This document shows positions 19,945 to 29,178 of a DNA stretch of 64,000 nt, piece by piece (position 1 is the stretch's first letter; every line of letters begins with the position of its first letter). Source of the stretch: a virus. The stretch lies in the IMG/VR virus record IMGVR_UViG_3300025127_006147, positions 1-64,000 of that record. One strand, 5' to 3'. The notes under the pieces were generated by a model that was not told the origin of the DNA, searched no databases, and saw only the letters and a program-made list of their open reading frames with translations. Both the position numbers and the translations under genes were made by a program.

Positions 19945-20174
19945 TGTTGATAATACTTAGGAGTTAACGTTGGGTGTAAAATATCTTCGTAAGGTGCTTT
20001 AATAAGAGACACAATTTCAGAATCTCTAGTGTCTTCTGACAAATATCTACTTACTCTTGTAGTAGCTTCATACACTGACTCAGCTTCTACAATATATTTA
20101 AATTTTTTAACTTTAGGGTTACCATTACCATCCAAGGCCCCTGTTTCAAATGCTACGATTGCTTGATAATACAT
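19941..20174 (-). CDS. Small hypothetical protein (resembles Bacteroidota DUF4494 N-terminal domain)
   Basis: KKFKYIVEAESVYEATTRV pattern; resemblance from memory only. Confidence 0.55.
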   Translation of the reverse strand: MYYQAIVAFETGALDGNGNPKVKKFKYIVEAESVYEATTRVSRYLSEDTRDSEIVSLIKAPYEDILHPTLTPKYYQQ

Positions 20175-20189
20175 GTTTTTCTTTTTTTT

Positions 20190-21413
20190 TTAATGTGATT
20201 TTATTATTTGTTTATATAATTCAGCTCTTTCCTCAGTAACTCTATCTATATGATATTTTTGAACCGATTCATAAAGCCTTTCACCTAAATCTTCTATCAA
20301 AGAAGGGTTGGTGATTAGTCTTTTTATGTGTTGTGCCCATTGTTTGTGATTTCTTGAAGCATCTACCAATAATGAATTTCCTTTATTGTTAAATGTTCCA
20401 CCCCTTTCGTAAGCGTTCACACAATCTATTTGGTACGGACCAAAATTTTGAGCTATTAACGCTTTTTTATGAAACCCAGCCTCAATTACCTTGAGTTGTG
20501 ATTTAACTCTATTAAATGTGTGGTGTTTAAGAGGAGCTACACTAATATCGAATTTGTTGTAGTTACTAGCGTAGGTAGTGATGGGTTTGGTCCAAACTCT
20601 TCTGTACGGTGTATCTGAATCCCCAAACTCCTCACCAAATTTAAACTGCATTAGTTGGAACATCTGGTCTTTGTCTACAATTTTGTAATTACCAGTAAAT
20701 ATTTTTTCGTACTCATACCACACCGATTCTTTAGGTTTAATTTTTCTAGTCATTTCTTCACCAGTCTGTGGATTTATTTGAGTTATACTACCTCTGGTGT
20801 CAAATCCACAAAGTACAAATTGCATTTTATCCTTTAAAGAGGTTAACTTATCTACAGTACCTCTTAAAATTTCTAAATCCGCTAAGTGTGATGAACCACC
20901 TAACCAACCCACCCTTATTCGGTCACTTTTTTCAGGGTTGTGATGGAATTGTTTTTCGTTAGGGTCTACACAATTAGGTAGTACATAAACATTTTTACAT
21001 ATTTTTTTAATTTCATCTGCAAATAAAGGTGTGGTGGTCGTCACATAATCTGCTAAGTTTAAATTAGCTGTAATAAGTTCATCCATCTTTTTATTTCTTA
21101 TTATCATATAAGCTGGATGTTCTTTGTTCGGCAACCAGTAATCATCAATATCCATAATACTAGGGATTCCTAACTTTTTAATTTTAGGCATTATTTGTCT
21201 AGAAAAGTTATAATCAGGATGTAAAGTTCTATGATAATGAATTAAATCATATTGTTTAAGGTAATTGTCATCGTTTAGTTTTGGGGAATAATCAATGTCA
21301 ACCCAAAAATCATCTCCAAATTTTTCTTGTAATTTTAAGTGTTGGTCTATCGACCTAAACTTAGATACACCAGTTCGGTCACTAGGTAAAACTAATATTT
21401 TGTACTTTGCCAT
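20190..21413 (-). CDS. Glycosyltransferase, GT-B fold (GT4-like)
   Basis: DIDDYW, VTTTT, RVGWLGGSSH, DISVAPL..FNRVKSQLKVIEAG. Confidence 0.82.
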   Translation of the reverse strand: MAKYKILVLPSDRTGVSKFRSIDQHLKLQEKFGDDFWVDIDYSPKLNDDNYLKQYDLIHYHRTLHPDYNFSRQIMPKIKKLGIPSIMDIDDYWLPNKEHPAYMIIRNKKMDELITANLNLADYVTTTTPLFADEIKKICKNVYVLPNCVDPNEKQFHHNPEKSDRIRVGWLGGSSHLADLEILRGTVDKLTSLKDKMQFVLCGFDTRGSITQINPQTGEEMTRKIKPKESVWYEYEKIFTGNYKIVDKDQMFQLMQFKFGEEFGDSDTPYRRVWTKPITTYASNYNKFDISVAPLKHHTFNRVKSQLKVIEAGFHKKALIAQNFGPYQIDCVNAYERGGTFNNKGNSLLVDASRNHKQWAQHIKRLITNPSLIEDLGERLYESVQKYHIDRVTEERAELYKQIIKSH

Positions 21414-21440
21414 ATATTTTTTTATATTTTATATGGAAAA

Positions 21441-21469
21441 AAGATACGAGTAATTGTAGAAATAGTCAA
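21441..21469 (-). promoter_or_regulatory. Host-RNAP-type promoter for the glycan/dUTPase operon
   Basis: Minus strand TTGACT-N17-TATCTT. Including flanking bases it also reads TTTG-N20-TATCTTTT, one mismatch from the Bacteroidota consensus. Confidence 0.55.
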
Positions 21470-21471
21470 AC

Positions 21472-21500
21472 AAAAAAAGAGAGGAAAACCTCTCTTTCTA
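21472..21500 (-). terminator. Intrinsic terminator
   Basis: Minus strand AAAAGAGAGG-TTTT-CCTCTCTTTTTTT hairpin with U-tract, downstream of 21522-22160. Confidence 0.8.
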
Positions 21501-21521
21501 ATCTTATTTAAAATAGTAATT

Positions 21522-22160
21522 TTATTTTTTTTGTGGTTTTACAGACTTAATAGATTTTATATTACCTACGAATATTTTATTACCAACTCTAATTTGTAAA
21601 TTTTCTTTAATGTTTTTAGATTCCATTAGTAAATTTTCTTCTACCATAATTTCTTTAATACATTCTTTTATGGTTTCTTTTAAAGAATTGCTATCTACCG
21701 AAGATGATTCAAATGGTGAAGGTATTGGGTCAGTAGATTTATTTTCTTTAATCTGTGTAGTTGGAATTGAAACTCTATTAACATTACTGTTAGCTGTATT
21801 TCTCATATTTTGAATACTATATTCTTCGGAGTTCATTTTTTGACTTACTTTTTCCATAAAGGACTCTGATAGATTAGGGGTCGGTGAAACATCAGGAATT
21901 GGATTAGTAATCATAGCTTGTTTAATAGCGTCTGGGAGTTTAGAATTTCTGATTGATTCTTCTGTCATCATCGCCTTAGGGTTCATGTTTGGTGAACTAG
22001 GAGTAGGCATTGACATTGGTGGCGTTTGTGTATTTTGTGGTGGTACGGTAACTGATTCTGTTTGTACATTAGAAGTTACCCTTCCTTGTCTATTATTGTT
22101 CATGGCTTTGTGTTCCATGAATTTTTTAGCGTTTAATAATGATTGTTCTAAATTTTTCAT
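21522..22160 (-). CDS. Hypothetical low-complexity protein (212 aa)
   Basis: ORF track; Pro/Ser/Asn-rich linkers, C-terminal LKETIKECIKEIMVEENLLMES. Confidence 0.75.
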   Translation of the reverse strand: MKNLEQSLLNAKKFMEHKAMNNNRQGRVTSNVQTESVTVPPQNTQTPPMSMPTPSSPNMNPKAMMTEESIRNSKLPDAIKQAMITNPIPDVSPTPNLSESFMEKVSQKMNSEEYSIQNMRNTANSNVNRVSIPTTQIKENKSTDPIPSPFESSSVDSNSLKETIKECIKEIMVEENLLMESKNIKENLQIRVGNKIFVGNIKSIKSVKPQKK

Positions 22161-22526
22161 TTAATCAAATTTTGCATTAATCCATACTTGGTTCATGCTT
22201 TTATCACCATTTGGGTTATAGTTTGGTCTAGGTTCATTAAAATTTTCAGTTGTAGGATTCCAATTACGTACCCTATCTAGTCTAAAAAATTTCCACCCAG
22301 GAACTTCAGTATCTGTAGCTCCTTCGGTTTGCCAAGCTCTAACTACAGGATTATTTCTTTTAGTTGTTCCTGCACACACTGGTTCTATTGTTCTCCATCC
22401 AGGATTATTAATAGTATCTCCCTCATAGTAAATAACAGCAGTATTTCTATTTTTTATAGCTTTTTGGACTTCGTCCCTATTAGCTACTTCAAGTATAATG
22501 GAAGACAGTGTGTTGTAAAGTTTCAT
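22161..22526 (-). CDS. Stand-alone WYL-domain-like protein
   Basis: IYYEG..WRTIEPV..VVRAW..WKFFRLDRV matches the WYL R-x-I-E-P and F-R-L-D-R-I/V signatures. Confidence 0.75.
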   Translation of the reverse strand: MKLYNTLSSIILEVANRDEVQKAIKNRNTAVIYYEGDTINNPGWRTIEPVCAGTTKRNNPVVRAWQTEGATDTEVPGWKFFRLDRVRNWNPTTENFNEPRPNYNPNGDKSMNQVWINAKFD

Positions 22527-22536
22527 CTTAAAAAAC

Positions 22537-22860
22537 TTAAGAAGGTGTTAAACCTATAGTACCATTAGTGACATTATCGTCAGGAACACTATATCCATTT
22601 TTTGAATTATATGAATTAGTTTTTACATTTTCTTTTCTAGTAAGAATATCTGTTTTTGTTCCTGTTTCTTGGTCTCTTACACCTAAAAATACCGCTGTAC
22701 CTCTACCTTTTTCATCACCGTCACTTAACGCGTTCTGATGTTGTGGTCCGTACTGGTCAGATTTTGGGCTATAAAGATTTTTAGGGAATAATTTATCCCT
22801 TTCAGCTTTAGCAAACTCTGATAGTTTTGCTCCTGGTTGCATTTGTTGTTCTCCTGCCAT
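22537..22860 (-). CDS. Hypothetical protein (107 aa)
   Basis: ORF track; TATTTATA motif 12 nt upstream (22873-22880, minus strand). Confidence 0.75.
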   Translation of the reverse strand: MAGEQQMQPGAKLSEFAKAERDKLFPKNLYSPKSDQYGPQHQNALSDGDEKGRGTAVFLGVRDQETGTKTDILTRKENVKTNSYNSKNGYSVPDDNVTNGTIGLTPS

Positions 22861-22897
22861 AACTTTTTATTTTATAAATATTTTATTTTATTTTTAT

Positions 22898-23068
22898 TTA
22901 TAGTTCAAAACCAAGATTTAATACCATAAATCTAAATTTAGAACATTTGTCAGTACTACACGGACAAATCTTAACTTCAAATACAGTTAATTTACCTAAT
23001 CTAAAAGTTAAACTATATTTTTCTTTTTTATTTCCACTTTTCCAGGAATTAATCCAATCTATTTTCAT
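22898..23068 (-). CDS. Small hypothetical protein (56 aa), below the ORF-track cutoff
   Basis: Manual translation MKIDWINSWKSGNKKEKYSLTFRLGKLTVFEVKICPCSTDKCSKFRFMVLNLGFEL*; starts 2 nt after the upstream stop and fills the gap. Confidence 0.65.
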   Translation of the reverse strand: MKIDWINSWKSGNKKEKYSLTFRLGKLTVFEVKICPCSTDKCSKFRFMVLNLGFEL

Positions 23069-23070
23069 AA

Positions 23071-23529
23071 TTAATAATTTATTAGTTTATTCATTCTTTT
23101 TATTGTTTCACTTAATGTCATCATATTATTTACATTATCTGGTGTTGGGACATTTACTTTAGTTGGATTTTTATTTCCGTCTTTTTCATGCTCATCATAG
23201 TGAGTATTCATCATACCACTGTTCATTTTTGTTTTTCTTCCAGATGATTTTCCATCTCTTAATTGTTTTTCTAACTCTAGAAAAACTTTTTTTCCGTAAT
23301 CACCTCCTGTTAAATTATATGGTTGTGTACCTTCTTCTTCATTCCTAAAAAAATTATTTATCTTTTTTAGTAATTCCATACTAATTACAGGATTTTTAAT
23401 AATGTTAAGTGCTCGTTGGTAACCTTCAGTAGTTTTTGGACCATTGAAGTCATGCACCGCGATTTTAATATGTTTTACACATTTATCGGGTACTTTAATC
23501 TGGTGTCCTTTTAAAACTTTATCAGGCAT
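23071..23529 (-). CDS. Hypothetical protein (152 aa)
   Basis: ORF track; abuts neighbours. Confidence 0.75.
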   Translation of the reverse strand: MPDKVLKGHQIKVPDKCVKHIKIAVHDFNGPKTTEGYQRALNIIKNPVISMELLKKINNFFRNEEEGTQPYNLTGGDYGKKVFLELEKQLRDGKSSGRKTKMNSGMMNTHYDEHEKDGNKNPTKVNVPTPDNVNNMMTLSETIKRMNKLINY

Positions 23530-24195
23530 TTAAAATTTATTTAATACTTCATTAGGGTCCACTCCTTGAGCTTCACACGCTTTTTTAAATCTAGAACCTA
23601 GTTTATCTAATATCGGATAATTCATTCTATCACGTAATTCCATTTCTACTCCTGGTTTAATGTCGTCTACTTCATCTTTTTTATTTAAGATTACTTCTAA
23701 CATATCTTTCATTTTTTTATTAGATAACTCTACCAGTCTTTTTCTTTCATCGTTTTCAGCTTTTTCTTGTGATACATCAGTTGCGTACCCATTTTCTTCA
23801 CATTTTTTAACCGCTTTTTCTCTAGTTAAACCATAATTACCCATAAAGTATTCCATACATTCATTAGTAGTTTCTACTTCACTATCTAATTCTTCGTTGT
23901 CACCAAGACCACCACCTAGATAAGCTTCTCCCCAGTATCTTTTATAATAATAACCAAAACCATTACCTTTTTGATGTGCGGTTTTTACCATATCATCACT
24001 AGTACTTCTACTAATTTTGTTACTTTTATTAATACCTAAAGGAATTTTTGAGTTCATCATTGAACCATCATAATCCACTAATTCTTCTAGTTCTTCTTCA
24101 TTTTTACCGTCTAAGAGTTCAGTTTCGGACATTTCCTCCTCTTTATCTAAGTAAGTTTTTTTAGAAGTTTTACCTTTATGTTTTAATCTATCCAT
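23530..24195 (-). CDS. Hypothetical acidic protein (221 aa)
   Basis: ORF track; TATTTATA upstream (24210-24217, minus strand). Confidence 0.75.
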   Translation of the reverse strand: MDRLKHKGKTSKKTYLDKEEEMSETELLDGKNEEELEELVDYDGSMMNSKIPLGINKSNKISRSTSDDMVKTAHQKGNGFGYYYKRYWGEAYLGGGLGDNEELDSEVETTNECMEYFMGNYGLTREKAVKKCEENGYATDVSQEKAENDERKRLVELSNKKMKDMLEVILNKKDEVDDIKPGVEMELRDRMNYPILDKLGSRFKKACEAQGVDPNEVLNKF

Positions 24196-24247
24196 AGTTT
24201 CTTTTTATCTATAAATATTAATGCATTCATTAAATATTTATTTATGT

Positions 24248-27040
24248 ATGGGACCACAGAATTTAAATAACTATTATTTCAATAAATTAGACGCTAGACT
24301 AGATTATAGCAGCTACTATGACATATTTTTAACGTCTGATGAGCGGGATTACAACCGAGAAGTTGTATTTTCTCCTTATCTTATTTGTGTGGGTGACCAC
24401 ATTAACGCTTATCTAAGTGGCAATACTTGGTGTTCAGATTGTTTACCTCTTTGGATTGACTTAAATAATCCCCAGTCCAGTAGACAGTTAGACCCCTACT
24501 TATGTACAGAATATAATGAAAATAATACTTTATTGAGTTTACCTTATTGGTGTTCTGCTAGACCAAATTCAGGTGACACACGATGTACGTGTCCTAAATG
24601 TGAAAACCGAGAATTTACAGGAAACACTTCATTCATAGAATCTATATGTGATGTTGGTTTAACTGGTGTAGATAATGGTTTGGTACAATATATGAGTGGA
24701 AACACTACCGAATATGATAAGTGTAAGGTAGAATTTATTAAAAGCACAGCATTTACAGTAACTATAAGTGCAGAAACAGGAACAAACTGTGTCGGCACAA
24801 TTCGTAGTCTTATAAGTGGCTTTATACCAGTTACCGTGTTAAGTTCTATAGTGGGTGGTAGCATCCCTTTAAAATATCCATGTACTGGAAGTACTACATC
24901 AGTTACTAGTGGGACCACAATAAATTGGAATAATTTTTATGATTCAGCAGTGGGTATACCTGCACTCGAACCTGATATGGCTTTATCTGGATGTTGTTTT
25001 TTTACCGCTGGTCAAGATGGTGGACAAGGAGACGGTTATAATTTAAATTTTACTAATTTTCAATCAACCTTTAGTGGGGAGACATTTACGGTTGACCTAA
25101 TTACCGAAAAGGGTTATTGGCAAGCGCCTTGTCAACTAGAGTCTATAAAATTGTGGACAGACATGCCAGACCAATACAAATGGGACCATTTACATTATGA
25201 TAGAAGATTTAAAATGAAACAAGTTACTGGTTTAACTCACCAGTATAGTTACGGTATCGAATCTGTTTCGGGAGGTCCAGAAGGTTATTACAACAATCTT
25301 AGGGGTGGATTCTACCAAGGATTCTATGAACTTTATGGGTATCCGTACCAAGTTTTACCAGAAAGAGTAGAGTGTGGTTGGACCGTAGAAAGTTTATTAA
25401 AATTTGATGTTAAATGTGTGACAGAATGTATAATATCTGGGACACAAACTTTAAATGATAAGTACCCCAACAATAAAGGTATATACTTCTATATGGGAAC
25501 ACGAGCAGAAAATAAATTCCATAATTATTATTCTGCAGAAACCCACCTACAAACTTGTGACCAAGGAGACTTTAGTTGTTCTGGGATACCAACACCAATT
25601 ATAACTACAGGTACAACAGGTCACTGTGGAACCTTAGTTAATGTCATAACATCAACATACGATGAAAAAATAGATTCTTTAAGTAATGCTTTTGCTTTGA
25701 GATTAACCGACGACGGAAGAGTAGGATATAGGGCTTTATATTACACGGGTAACTGTATAACCACATATTCTGAAAAAAAGGTTTTAGATTGTGAAACAAA
25801 TGAGTATTATGTTGTTGAGGATTGTGTGACTGGTTTAACCTATAGTTCAGGTTACACCGTAGTAGAAAAATATAGTAATATTGTTTGTGGTTTAACAGGT
25901 TCTACATTCGTAAATACTTGTCCTTGGTTATTGGTAAGTGCGAGGTTCCAAAGAGATTATTGTTATGAAGGTTGTGATTTAGAAAATGAGGGTGGGGTTA
26001 ATGATTTAATAGATATTCCAGTAATGGATACACCAGGTTACATAGATTCAGGTTTAAATAGTACCTCAACTACCTTAGTTAGGGAAGCTCCATTAATGCC
26101 TGGATGGCAAGATAATGGGAATAAAGTTGTTGTAACAGGTCAATACTTGGGACCGGGTCAAATTGCTACAGGGTGTACGGAAACTGAATGTTGTACTGGT
26201 TGTACTAAAACTGATTGTCATACTTGTGGCCCAGCTACTGGATGCACTACTAATTACACAAAATTAGTTGAAAAAATAAAATTTTCTAAAAAGTGGTCCG
26301 ATGAAAGATTTTTAAGAAAGGGAACTTTAACAATTTTTGTTAATGGTAGACCAGTATTGACAGACCCAGATTTTGAAGAAATAATACCTAGAAGACTTAA
26401 CACAGAAAAACAAAAACAGGTTGGTGTGCCATTTAATATCTCTTGGGGTGGTGGAACACAGGGTCTAATAGATAACCAGACATTTTCTGCTGACACTAGT
26501 GGAAACACCATAACTTGTCCACCTTATGTGCAGGACCCAGCAGATTTAGGGTTGTTAATAGAAAAGAATTTTGCGGGAACCTATATCGGAGGAATATCCC
26601 AATTAAGATACTACATAAGGCCGTTGGGTGTCGATGAAATATTTCATAATTTCTTGGTTAATAAAGACCGATATGATTTAGTTGATTGTGCTGGTGGTTG
26701 TACCAATGGTTGTGGTCCTTGTCCCGCTATAATAATACGTGACTGTGACTCATTAGATATCATTTTAGATTACGCTATAGGTCAAACTAGCACATCAGTA
26801 GACAGTTTATCTCAATTTATTGTGTCCCCAGAATATACATCAGTTAGGTTTACAGGAGTTCTTGTAGATAATGTTGTAAGTTATAGTATTAGGTTAATTG
26901 AAAACATGGGTACAGGAAGTGGTTCTATAGTCACCACACCATTTTTAGCTACACCCACAGATGTAATACAGGTTGAGATAATAAAATTTGATGCAACTAA
27001 AGAAGCAAAAGTTACCATTATAGGCAACTTAACTAAGTAA
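24248..27040 (+). CDS. Large Cys-rich virion protein with LamG/concanavalin-like segments
   Basis: About 40 Cys by manual count and many [S/T]GxT motifs; LTIFVNG and IGGISQLRYY are LamG-like. ATG 24248 (MGPQ) preferred over 24221 because TATTTAT lies at 24235-24245. Confidence 0.65.
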   Translation: MGPQNLNNYYFNKLDARLDYSSYYDIFLTSDERDYNREVVFSPYLICVGDHINAYLSGNTWCSDCLPLWIDLNNPQSSRQLDPYLCTEYNENNTLLSLPYWCSARPNSGDTRCTCPKCENREFTGNTSFIESICDVGLTGVDNGLVQYMSGNTTEYDKCKVEFIKSTAFTVTISAETGTNCVGTIRSLISGFIPVTVLSSIVGGSIPLKYPCTGSTTSVTSGTTINWNNFYDSAVGIPALEPDMALSGCCFFTAGQDGGQGDGYNLNFTNFQSTFSGETFTVDLITEKGYWQAPCQLESIKLWTDMPDQYKWDHLHYDRRFKMKQVTGLTHQYSYGIESVSGGPEGYYNNLRGGFYQGFYELYGYPYQVLPERVECGWTVESLLKFDVKCVTECIISGTQTLNDKYPNNKGIYFYMGTRAENKFHNYYSAETHLQTCDQGDFSCSGIPTPIITTGTTGHCGTLVNVITSTYDEKIDSLSNAFALRLTDDGRVGYRALYYTGNCITTYSEKKVLDCETNEYYVVEDCVTGLTYSSGYTVVEKYSNIVCGLTGSTFVNTCPWLLVSARFQRDYCYEGCDLENEGGVNDLIDIPVMDTPGYIDSGLNSTSTTLVREAPLMPGWQDNGNKVVVTGQYLGPGQIATGCTETECCTGCTKTDCHTCGPATGCTTNYTKLVEKIKFSKKWSDERFLRKGTLTIFVNGRPVLTDPDFEEIIPRRLNTEKQKQVGVPFNISWGGGTQGLIDNQTFSADTSGNTITCPPYVQDPADLGLLIEKNFAGTYIGGISQLRYYIRPLGVDEIFHNFLVNKDRYDLVDCAGGCTNGCGPCPAIIIRDCDSLDIILDYAIGQTSTSVDSLSQFIVSPEYTSVRFTGVLVDNVVSYSIRLIENMGTGSGSIVTTPFLATPTDVIQVEIIKFDATKEAKVTIIGNLTK

Positions 27041-27045
27041 AAAAC

Positions 27046-27053
27046 TATTTATA
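27046..27053 (+). promoter_or_regulatory. Putative late promoter TATTTATA
   Basis: 12 nt upstream of the fibre gene. Confidence 0.6.
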
Positions 27054-27065
27054 AAATAAAAAAAT

Positions 27066-29150
27066 ATGTCTTGTAAATGTAAAAATATTATAGAAAACTT
27101 CCAAGGAGGAACAATTCCTTTAGATACCATATTCAATGGAAACGTTCAAATTTGTGGTGCTGGTAAAACTTTAAAGGTAGAAAATATAATAGGTTGTTCT
27201 CCCACAACTATAGGGGCAGAGAGTGGTTGTACTTCTGCTACCACTACAGTTTTAATAGTTAGTGGTAAAACTAATTTTGGTTGTGATATTAATATTGCAA
27301 ATGGAGGTGGAATATTTTCAGGTGGTACAAATTTATTAGATATTTTTTCCACCACTACCTCATCAGGTTCCACAGGAGGAGGAACCTTTACTGGAAATAC
27401 TTCAGCTACCTGTATTAATGAATTATGGGTTTCTAATATTTCTGGATGTAGTCCAGTTACTATCGGAACAGAAGCAGAATTTTCACAAGACGTGTCGGTC
27501 TCACAATACATCAGACATACAGGTGATGCTGACACACATATTCAATTTTTAGATAATAAACTTCAGTTACATGCTGGTAACATACCTTTTATTCAACTTG
27601 ATAAAGATGCAGCAACACCTTACCCTCTTACAATTAATCATGGTGGTAATAGAGTTAACTTTAGGGTTCTAGATAAAGATAGTAACCTACTTTTAAAAAC
27701 CGATTCTGAAGCATCTAAGGTAAATTTATACCATGCTGGTAATATGAAATTAGAAACACAAATCGGAGGTATTGATGTAATAGGTGAACTTAATGTGACT
27801 AGTGGTTTAACTGTAACGGGAGACACTATAGTAAAGGGGGGGAAAATATTACTGGATGATGGTGATGTTAGTAATAACTATGCTGGATTTGGTAATAATG
27901 ATGACCTAAAAATATTCCACAATGGAGGCCATTCAGTAATAAGAGAAACAGGAACAGGAAACCTATACCTACAAAGTGATAATAATGTCATAATTTCTAA
28001 GGATTCGGCTACAGAAACTATGATTAAGTGTATTGCCGATGGAGCTGTTGAACTCTACCATAATAATGTTAAAAAGTTTGATACGGGTAGTCATGGTGTT
28101 GATATAGTAGATGAAGCACACATAGAAGGTGAGACTCCACACCTAACACTTAAAAGGACTGACAACGCAAATGTTCCTAGTCTACGTTTTAAAGGCAGTG
28201 GTGGTACTATAGGTGCAAGTATTGATTTTGACGGTACAGCAGGCAGTTCCAATGAACTTATATTTAAAACTTTTCCAGGACTTACACTTACAGAAAAATT
28301 TAGAGTTACATACACTGGAGCAAAAGTTTCAGGTGAACTTAATGTGACTAGTGGTTTAACTGTAACAAGTTCAGGCACAAATACTTCAGATACGGTATTT
28401 TTAGTACAAGATAGTGTCGGTAATCATATCATAGAAGGTTTAGATACTGGACAAGTTCATGTTGGAGACTTAGTTAATAGTGCCCTACCAACAAATCCAA
28501 CACTTATGATTGGTGCGGGTAAAACACCAAACGATAGAGGTTCGTTAGCCTTTACTTCTTCAGGTATAGGTATCGGGGGAGATAATGATGCAACTGGAGA
28601 TTTTCTACACTTTCTTTTACCAGGAAGTGATGATAGTAGATGGAGATTTGATACTAGTTCCGCTTTTGGTTTTACCTTAATAAGTAGACAAAGTAACGCT
28701 TTTGGTTCGGGTGCGGGAACTAGAAGTAGTATTTACACTAGTAGGACATACGGTATAGATTTTTTACTCGGTTATTCAAGTGGCCTAGGTGTTACCGATA
28801 CTGTCGGATATAGATTTAATACTAAAGATAGTACTAGTGCGGGTGCAAATGATATAGAAAGGTTTGTTATTGAAAACGGTACGAGTGAAACTAAATCTTA
28901 CTTTGATAATATTAGTGTGTTGGGTGTTGGGACACCTAATCCTGACACTAACGTTAAAGTACACATTAGTGGAGATACTTTAATAAGTGGTAGTTTTACC
29001 GCAAGTACCATGACACTTAAAAATGTCCCCGCTTTTCAAGATGAAGCAAATGCTGCACTTGGGGGACTCACAACTGGAGACGTATATCAAACAACTGGAA
29101 CTGGACCCTCTCCGTTAAATGTGGCGGGAATATTAATGATAAAACAATAA
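27066..29150 (+). CDS. Tail fibre / fibre-like virion protein
   Basis: Gly/Thr-rich beta repeats, e.g. GNNDDLKIFHNGGHSVIRETGTGNLYL and GAVELYHNNVKKFDT, typical of phage fibre modules; TATTTATA 12 nt upstream. Confidence 0.72.
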   Translation: MSCKCKNIIENFQGGTIPLDTIFNGNVQICGAGKTLKVENIIGCSPTTIGAESGCTSATTTVLIVSGKTNFGCDINIANGGGIFSGGTNLLDIFSTTTSSGSTGGGTFTGNTSATCINELWVSNISGCSPVTIGTEAEFSQDVSVSQYIRHTGDADTHIQFLDNKLQLHAGNIPFIQLDKDAATPYPLTINHGGNRVNFRVLDKDSNLLLKTDSEASKVNLYHAGNMKLETQIGGIDVIGELNVTSGLTVTGDTIVKGGKILLDDGDVSNNYAGFGNNDDLKIFHNGGHSVIRETGTGNLYLQSDNNVIISKDSATETMIKCIADGAVELYHNNVKKFDTGSHGVDIVDEAHIEGETPHLTLKRTDNANVPSLRFKGSGGTIGASIDFDGTAGSSNELIFKTFPGLTLTEKFRVTYTGAKVSGELNVTSGLTVTSSGTNTSDTVFLVQDSVGNHIIEGLDTGQVHVGDLVNSALPTNPTLMIGAGKTPNDRGSLAFTSSGIGIGGDNDATGDFLHFLLPGSDDSRWRFDTSSAFGFTLISRQSNAFGSGAGTRSSIYTSRTYGIDFLLGYSSGLGVTDTVGYRFNTKDSTSAGANDIERFVIENGTSETKSYFDNISVLGVGTPNPDTNVKVHISGDTLISGSFTASTMTLKNVPAFQDEANAALGGLTTGDVYQTTGTGPSPLNVAGILMIKQ
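27782..27817 (+). repeat. 36-bp perfect direct repeat, copy 1
   Basis: AGGTGAACTTAATGTGACTAGTGGTTTAACTGTAAC, identical to 28331-28366. Confidence 0.92.
28331..28366 (+). repeat. 36-bp perfect direct repeat, copy 2
   Basis: Identical to 27782-27817; both encode GELNVTSGLTV. Confidence 0.92.
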
Positions 29151-29178
29151 AATCGGTATTTATAACTAAAACACACAC

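Noticed and set aside
2747-21413. Bacterial O-antigen locus or chimeric host contig
   Set aside because: No wzx/wzy/waaL or housekeeping genes; phage-type phoH, dut, exonuclease and sigma are interspersed; composition and leader style match the tail genes.
22873-22880. T4-orientation late promoter TATAAATA on the plus strand
   Set aside because: Here and at 24210, 34357 and 45937 it points away from the nearest start; across the window the sense-strand motif is consistently TATTTAT.
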